From the NCBI GenBank assembly GCA_964016885.1, contig OZ024742.1:311860001-311924000 (forward strand): a stretch of 64,000 nucleotides of DNA, given 5' to 3'. Position numbers and translations under genes: made by a program. Numbering within the stretch: the stretch's first letter is position 1; every line of letters starts with the position of its first letter. Below, piece by piece: positions 53,644-64,000 of this stretch. The notes under the pieces were generated by a model, which was not told where the DNA came from, made no database searches, and saw only the letters and a list, made by a program, of their open reading frames with translations. This stretch comes from Eledone cirrhosa. Its lineage: Eukaryota.

Positions 53644-53782
53644 AAAATAGTGTAGTTGCAAGACTCTCCAACGGATGGTATGGGAGAGTTGATGTGATGT
53701 ATTACAATCAATGGGGCACAATATGTGATAACTTTTGGAACAATTCAGCAGCCGGTGTCATTTGCAGAATGTTGGGATTCAG
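53644..53782 (+). CDS. SRCR domain 4, first exon
   Basis: ttttccag| NSVVARLSNGWYGRVDVMYYNQWGTICDNFWNNSAAGVICRMLGF |gtattg. Confidence 0.92.
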
Positions 53783-54319
53783 GTATTGGCATAGAATATA
53801 TTCTCTCTCACACACATATAATCTCTCCCCACTCTCTCTCTTTCTCTTTCTCTTTCTCCCCCCCCCCTCTCTGTATATATATATATATATATAGGAATGA
53901 GTAGGACCCCGACGGCTGAGCTCAAGCCGTTTCGACGGCTAATTCTGGACTTTTTGAGTCCAGAATTAGCCGTCGAAACGGCTTGAGCTCAGCCGTCGGG
54001 GTCCTACTCGTTCCTATTACCCACTCTACTACCCTAAGTATTGAGTACTTTGGTGCGTTATGGTCCACCTGGTTCCTTGCCATATTTCCTTCGTTATATA
54101 TATATATATATATATACCCACACATATACATTAAATATATTACCAAACACTGTTAGTTATATAATAATTTAATTTACATCTTTCATCCAAATACGAGAAA
54201 AACCACAAACCCCCCATCTCAATTCTACTTTTGAAAAGCATAAGAACTGTGATACCGGTAAAAGAAACAAATAAATATTCTTAAAAGGACTCCAGTTGCA
54301 TTTTCGATTTCATTTTTTT

Positions 54320-54356
<37 letters not shown>

Positions 54357-55740
54357 GTTTTATCTGTATGATTATATACAGATAATATATTCAAATTAGT
54401 ATGTCCATTTCAGAATATATAAGGAAAAGAAATCGAAAACGTATTTTGAAAAATATTTATTTATTTCCTTTACCGGTTTCACAGTTCTTATGCTTTTCAA
54501 AAGTAAAATTGAGATGAAGAGTCAATGGTCATCCAAAATCACTGGGAGAGATGACCCCTTAGCCTTTGTCAAGGCAGCATTCTAGGAGAAGGAAAACTCT
54601 GATATAACACCTGGAACCCTGATGGAATCCAATGATGTTGACTTGTTCTTCTTTTTGGTAAATATCATCTTGGTTAAGAGAGTGGGACTGGCTTTGTGCA
54701 GTGCCTTTGCTCACTATAAAAGCTTCATGGCACAGGCATTGCTTTATATCTGGAGATCTCTCTGCACTTGTCATCACATGGTACCATGGGCTCAGCACTA
54801 TGTGTCAATAATTGTCACAAGTGTAGTGTTTGTACCAAAGTTTTCAAGTCGCTGGCTGGACTAAAAAGTCACACTCGTTCAGCGCATCGGTAGGGGTTCT
54901 CCTACATGGATATAAAGTTGTGGCCGTACTCGAAAACGAGTTGGCAGCCACCATGTATGTATGTATGTATGTATGTATGTATGTATGTATGTATGTATGT
55001 ATGTATGTATGTATGTATGTATGTATGTATGTATGTATGTATAAAAGCTTCACGGCACAGGCATTGCTTTATATCTGGAGATCTCTCTGCACTTGTCGTC
55101 ACATGGTACCATGGGCCCTGCACTATGTCTCAATAATTGTCACAAGTGTAGTGTTTGTACCAGAGTTTTCAAGTCGCTGGCTGGACTAAAAAGTCACACT
55201 CATTCAGCGCATCGGTAGGGGTTCTCCTACATGGATATAAAGTAGTGGCCGTACTCGAAAACGAGTTGGCAGCCACTATGTATGTATGTATGTATGTATG
55301 TATGTATGTATGTATGTATGTATGTATGTATGTATGTGCGCTGGGACATAGAAATAGTCGGGCTGGATATCCGATCGCGCGGTTAAACCACTGAGAGTGA
55401 AGGACCTCTAGCTTTGTCCGGGCATTCTTCTAGGAGAAGGCAACTCAGGAAACTGGGATAACTCCGATATAAAACCTGCGGCTCAGTAGTTACCGATGAT
55501 GTTGATATTTTCTTCTTTTCGGGTTATAGCTACTGTCGCTCAGAGAGTGGGATTGCCTCAGTGCACAGTCTTTCCTCACTTTAAAAAAAGGCATTGCACG
55601 ATAGAATTAATTAATAATTATCAATGATGCTATATCGTGCAATGGCCATACTTGATAACGAGGGGACAGCCATCATGTGTATGTATGTATGTATATATGT
55701 ATGTATGTGTGTATGTTTCTACACACGCACACAGATACAC

Positions 55741-55832
<92 letters not shown>

Positions 55833-56012
55833 GCGCATATATATATATATATATATATATGTATACATATATGTGTGTGTGTGTGTTTTAATTTATAATT
55901 GGCAAGCCTTCTCAAAGTTATTTGGTTATGTTTCACTTACCCTTTCACTTTTCACCGCCATTTGTCTCCCCCTCCTCTCTCATTACAGTCTTCATTCATC
56001 TTTATTTTTCAG

Positions 56013-56182
56013 GAGAGGAAATGTCCTTCGAAAGGAGAAAATCACGAGTGGAACTGGTAGGATCTGGTTGGACCAAGTACAATGTAATGGCGTTGAAGGC
56101 AACATCAAATACTGCAAACATCGTTCTTGGGGTTCTCACGACTGTTCACATAACCAAGACGCTGGTGTAGAATGTTTTGAAC
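56013..56182 (+). CDS. SRCR domain 4, second exon
   Basis: ttttcag| RGNVLRKEKITSGTGRIWLDQVQCNGVEGNIKYCKHRSWGSHDCSHNQDAGVECFE |gtacgt; 170 nt. Confidence 0.93.
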
Positions 56183-56502
56183 GTACGTAATATTTCTTAA
56201 TCTATTTTTGTTTTTATTATGTTCTTTAATGCTTGTATCCAATAGTGTTGACCCTGTGTATATACAAGTGAGAAGAGGCACTCGCTGAAACTTCGAAGTC
56301 ACTGACACATCTTTTTTTTTTTTCAGAAAATAAATATTACATTCTGCTTACATGTATTGAGTGTTTATTCAGTTAATGTTTGAACGTTTTATGTACAGTA
56401 GCATATAAAACACACACCTCAGTATACAAGTAAAATGTGGTTTGAGAAAACTCATGGTGATTTGAATGGGTAAAAATTATATAGTAAAGTTCATGAGTTT
56501 CA

Positions 56503-56576
<74 letters not shown>

Positions 56577-56822
56577 TGTAATCACCCAACTACGTCTGCG
56601 TCCATATATATATATATATAAAGAAAAAGAGATGAAATCGAAAATGCAACTGGAGTCTTATTTTTTTTTTAATTATATATATTTATTTGGTTCCTAAAAA
56701 TAAATATATATAATTTTAAAAAAAATAAGACTCCAGTTGCATTTTCGATTTCATCTCTTTTTCTTTATACTTCCACTCGTGTAGGACACCGGTTATTTTT
56801 CAATTTGTAAAAAAAACCTCAC

Positions 56823-56876
<54 letters not shown>

Positions 56877-56899
56877 ACGATAGATAGATAGGTAGATAG

Positions 56900-56981
<82 letters not shown>

Positions 56982-57039
56982 ACGCAGACGTAGTTGGGTG
57001 ATTACAATGTTTGCCTCGCATTCATGAGGTCTCGGTATC

Positions 57040-57580
57040 GATCCCACTGCGTTGCGCATTGGGGTTTCCCTGAGGCTTGGTCTCCGGATCTGCGAGCCAC
57101 ACAATGGTCGCTGTGGATCCAGCGTGGACACTTTCGGCCTCCACTCTCTTTCCTGCCACTACAATGCCGGCCGCCTTCCACGCCATGCTGCCCTCAACGA
57201 GGTCATAAGGTATGGCTTGGATGCTGCAGGCTTCTCCTCCCAGCTCGAGCCGGTGCGGCTGGACCGAGGGGACGGCAAAAGGCCAGACGGTATGACCATC
57301 TTCCCGTTCTGCGGTGGTAAACCCCTCGTTTGGGATGCCACTTGCATTCTCCAGTGTCAACCTGGTACAGTCTGTGACTAACTTAAGTTCTGCTGCACTT
57401 CGGGTTGAGGAGGGTAAACACTCCAAGTTTCGGTCACTCTCCGACAGGTTTGCAGTCGAGTCCCTAGCAGTAGGGACTTATGGTGTCCTTGGCCCCAGGG
57501 CTACCTCCTTACTCACCACCATAGGCGCTGAGCTGGCCAGCCGCAGGTGTGCGTCTCGCGAGATGGAATGGCTCTCAATC
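57040..57580 (+). mobile_element. CRE-clade non-LTR retrotransposon 3' fragment
   Basis: RIGVSLRLG, RH.ALN, DGKRPDG...WDAT; homologous to 61551-62480. Confidence 0.8.
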
Positions 57581-58118
57581 TATTGGGGAACATTCATAAA
57601 ATAATAAAGCCAGAAGAACATACATAGATACAAGGTTAGGCTGAAAAGCTCATAGGTTGACTATGAAAGACTGATGCTTGGGCTGTGAAATTTTATTAAT
57701 AACTGCATTGTTTCTTTCTAGGGACTACGTTGAAAATTAAACCTCTTTTGCTTATTACTTGATAGTATCTTGGTCACTATATGAACTGTTCAGCCTATGA
57801 ACATTTCAGCCGGCATCGTACATACATAAATGCATACATACATATATAAATACATGAATACATACACGCATACATATATACTTATATACATACATACATT
57901 CACACACGTGTACATATATTCACACACGCATACATCCATACATACATGATGATGGCTGCAACTCTATTTTGAGTAATGCCATCGCTTAATATCTAAGCAT
58001 GAGCATCACGGATGTGTTTTTTTTTTAGTCCAGCTAGAGACATGCCTATGACTAGCAATACTATCCATCGTAAAAAATATCCATTCATTCATTTTTTTTT
58101 CTTTTTGTTATTTTTTAG

Positions 58119-58260
58119 CTATATACCAGAATGTTCGGATTGTTGGCGGACTTAAGAAAGGTCGTGTTGAAATCCTTCATGAGAACATTTGGGGTACTAT
58201 ATGTGACGATTTCTGGAACGACAAATCAGCAATTATCGTCTGCAAGACTTTAGGTTTCAG
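58119..58260 (+). CDS. SRCR domain 5, first exon
   Basis: tttttag| IYQNVRIVGGLKKGRVEILHENIWGTICDDFWNDKSAIIVCKTLGF |gtgatg. Confidence 0.93.
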
Positions 58261-58380
58261 GTGATGTTATATTATTCGTATGGAGAAGTTATTGATTCTG
58301 CTTGAATTCCAACTACAGTGTGTGTGTGTGTGTGTCTGTGTGTGTGTAGTTTAAAATCCTCCGTATCTGTATAGAAACAG

Positions 58381-59118
<738 letters not shown>

Positions 59119-59302
59119 ACATAAATGTATACACACACACACACTGATACATATATATATATATATATTAAAAAAGGAAAAGAATGATTTCACTTGTCAT
59201 TTTACAATTTGGTTTTATAGATCTAGTAAGTTCTTTAACTTCGGTGGGAAGATTTTGAAAGATTCCTGGTTAACTTTACTGGAGAACTTTCTCGCATCCA
59301 TA

Positions 59303-61481
<2,179 letters not shown>

Positions 61482-61550
61482 GTATCAAGTAAGACATATT
61501 TATATTCTAATGATTGAAGTGAATCTTTGACTCACTTGGTATATATATAT

Positions 61551-62480
61551 TCAGAGAATGTGAGGCCGCCTGTGAGACGTGGGACCGGGTGGGACTTGGC
61601 CCAGTAGACGTCCCTCCTCCTTCCCCCCTGTTGACGTCAAGTCCCCCCAACGCATTTGGGATCCCATCCAGTGCAGCCTGGCCTCAGACAGGCTCACGTA
61701 CCAGCTCGACCAGCACCGCCTTGCTTGTTTTCGTGAGGCCTCCAAACCCCACAGTGGTGCTTGGCTCCATGCTCTGCTCTCCTTCTCCACTGGCACGCAG
61801 CTAGACAACCATAGCCTGCGCATCGGAGTTTCCCTGCGGCTCGGCCTCCGGATCTGCCAGCCACACCAATGTCGCTGCGGTTCCACCGTGCACTCTTTCA
61901 GCCTCCACCCGCTTTCCTGTCGCCACAGTGCCGGCCGCATTCCACGCCATACTGCCCTCAACGAGGTCATTAAGCATGGCTTGTATGCTGCAGGCTTCCC
62001 TTCCCAGCTTGAGCCGGTGGGGCTGGATCGAGGGGACGGCAAAAGGCCAGATGGCATGACTATCTTCCCGTTCCGCGGTGGCAAACCCCTCGTCTGGGAT
62101 GCCACTTACACCGACACTTTCTGCAGCCTCAACCTGGTGCAGTCTGCGACTGACCCAGGTTCTGCTACACGTCGAGCTGAGGGGGCCAAACTCCTCAAAT
62201 ACCGGTCGGTCTCCGACAGATTTGCGGTCGTTCCCCTGGCAGTGGAAACTTCTGGTGTTCTCGGCCCCAGGGCTATCTCCTTACTCACCACCATAGGCGC
62301 TGAGCTGGCCAGCCGCAGATGTGAGCCCCCCGAGTTGGAGTGGCTTTTCCAGCGCGTCTCCCTTGCCGTCCTCCGGGGAAACGCCTTCTCCATTCTGTCC
62401 GCCGGGGCTGTGGGTGGGCCCCATCGCGTACCAATACATTAGTTAAATACCATTCTGTCATCTGATACAACACAATAAAG
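61551..62480 (+). mobile_element. CRE-clade non-LTR retrotransposon 3' fragment (Zn finger plus RLE)
   Basis: SGAWL, C.CG..H..SC, RPDG..WDAT..DT, AE..K..KY, P.AVET.G, QR.SLAV.RGNA. AATAAA then (TA)n. Confidence 0.85.
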
Positions 62481-62521
62481 TATATATATACCCTCAATGT
62501 TGAACGTTTCGTAAATTACAG

Positions 62522-62691
62522 ATCTGGTAAAGCTTTAATAGGAAAAAATACACCGTCCGGCAGTGGGAAAATGTGGCTTGATGATGTCAAATGTAAAGGA
62601 ACTGAAAAATCTCTAAATGACTGTCCTCACAAACCCTGGGGTGCATCAGATTGTACCCATAGTGAAGATGCCGGAGTAGAATGTGTAAATC
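62522..62691 (+). CDS. SRCR domain 5, second exon (gene continues downstream)
   Basis: tacag| [56 protein letters not shown] |gtaagt; 170 nt. Confidence 0.93.
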
Positions 62692-62883
62692 GTAAGTAAA
62701 ACTTTACTCCTCTTTCTTACATAATTTTTCGGTTTCCATTAACTTTTAAACACTATTTTTTAAATACTATATTGCACATTTTACATTTTTACGATGAACT
62801 GTGGATACCGACAGGAAATTACTTAGTATGATGTTTTTTTCCAAAGTTTTTACCGGCGACGGTTCTTCTCTTCTTCTTATTCT

Positions 62884-63121
62884 TTGGCAGTATCGGTAGA
62901 GCGTCAGACACCATGCTTCGTAGCATAGAATTACGACCCTTTTACGTTCTGAGTTCAAACCCTGCGGTAGTTAGCTTTGCCTTTCATCTTTACGGGGTCG
63001 ATAAAATAAAGTACCAGTCACGTACTTGGGTCGATTTAATCAACTTCCCCCTTTCCCTTCAAATTGCAGGCCTTGTTCCTAAATCAGAAACCATTATTAT
63101 TATTATCATTATTATTATTAT
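62884..63121 (+). mobile_element. tRNA-derived SINE with (ATT)n tail
   Basis: Main family match. Confidence 0.8.
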
Positions 63122-63417
63122 TTTTCTTTGAGTCACAGTCATTGATGTTATTTAACTGGAAATTTTGTTGAAATGAGTATCAAGCCACTACCTGCAGCCT
63201 CAGACATTCAGGACGTATCGGAGAGTTCTTGCTGTTCCCAACAAGCATGCCTTTTGAAGTGTTCCAAAAAGCGGGGTTGGACTAATCTTCTTTAACCATC
63301 TTTGGAAACTCTCTGAGATAGTACCTAGTGCGCCTATGACAATCGGGACGACCTTGATTTGATGCAGTTCCAAATCCTTTTCAACTCCCACTTTAAATAC
63401 TGGTATCGGTTAATTTT

Positions 63418-63420
<3 letters not shown>
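63122..63420 (-). mobile_element. R4/Dong 3' fragment
   Basis: Matches 27005-27290; 3' end at a TAA tract. Confidence 0.85.
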
Positions 63421-63516
<96 letters not shown>

Positions 63517-63527
63517 GTTATTGTTAT

Positions 63528-64000
63528 TCCTTGAATCTCAGTCATTGATGTTGGCTAACTGGAAAGTCCGTTGGATTGAATATCAAGCCACTACCTGCAG
63601 CCTCAGATATTCAGGAGGTATCGGAGGGTTCTTGCTGTTTCAAGCAAGCATGCCTTTTGAAGCGTTCCAAAAAGCGTGAAGGGGCCGATTTTCTTTAACC
63701 ATCCCTGGAAACCTTTGGAGATAGTCCCCAGTGCGCCTATGACAATCGGGATCACTTTGACTTCATGGCAGTTCCAAATCCTTTTCACCTCCCACTTTAG
63801 GTCCTGGTATCGGTTAATTTTCTCCCTCTCCTTCTCTTGCACTCTCGTGTCGAACGGGCAGGCCACATCCACAATCAGGCACGATCTTTTTTCTTTGTCC
63901 ACAACCACCAGGTCAGGTCTATTGTGTTCCAGTTTTTTGTCCGTCTGTATCCTAAAATCCCACAGCACCTTCACCTGACTGTTCTCCATCACCGCCTCTG
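63528..64000 (-). mobile_element. R4/Dong 3' part (RLE domain), runs off the window
   Basis: VLWDFRIQTD..HNRPD..; near-identical protein to 27071-27535. 3' end at TAA tract 63447-63527. Confidence 0.9.

Overview
AT-rich, microsatellite-laden eukaryotic (animal) DNA. The repeat landscape suggests a mollusc such as an octopus, but that is inference only. Host gene: a + strand, multi-exon gene for a secreted or surface protein with tandem group-A (6-Cys) SRCR domains. It has a probable signal-peptide exon at 18982-19032 and ten phase-consistent exons (38431-62691) encoding five SRCR domains, and it likely continues past the window. A 19.4-kb intron holds a 17-kb array of L1/Tx1-clade LINEs and an R4/Dong-clade LINE, packed into (TTA)n tracts. 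The two full-length Tx1 copies have near-identical ORF2s but different 5'UTR/ORF1 modules. The top signal is a near-perfect 6x310-bp tandem array plus one inverted unit (8102-10290), each unit carrying a complete minimal type-I hammerhead ribozyme: a candidate retrozyme/circular-RNA element. Several other hammerhead-bearing fold-back elements and Penelope-like retroelements, which could mobilise them, are also present. Helitron, CRE, probable Chapaev and many tRNA-SINE fragments fill the rest. Coordinates were read by eye; repeat ends are approximate.
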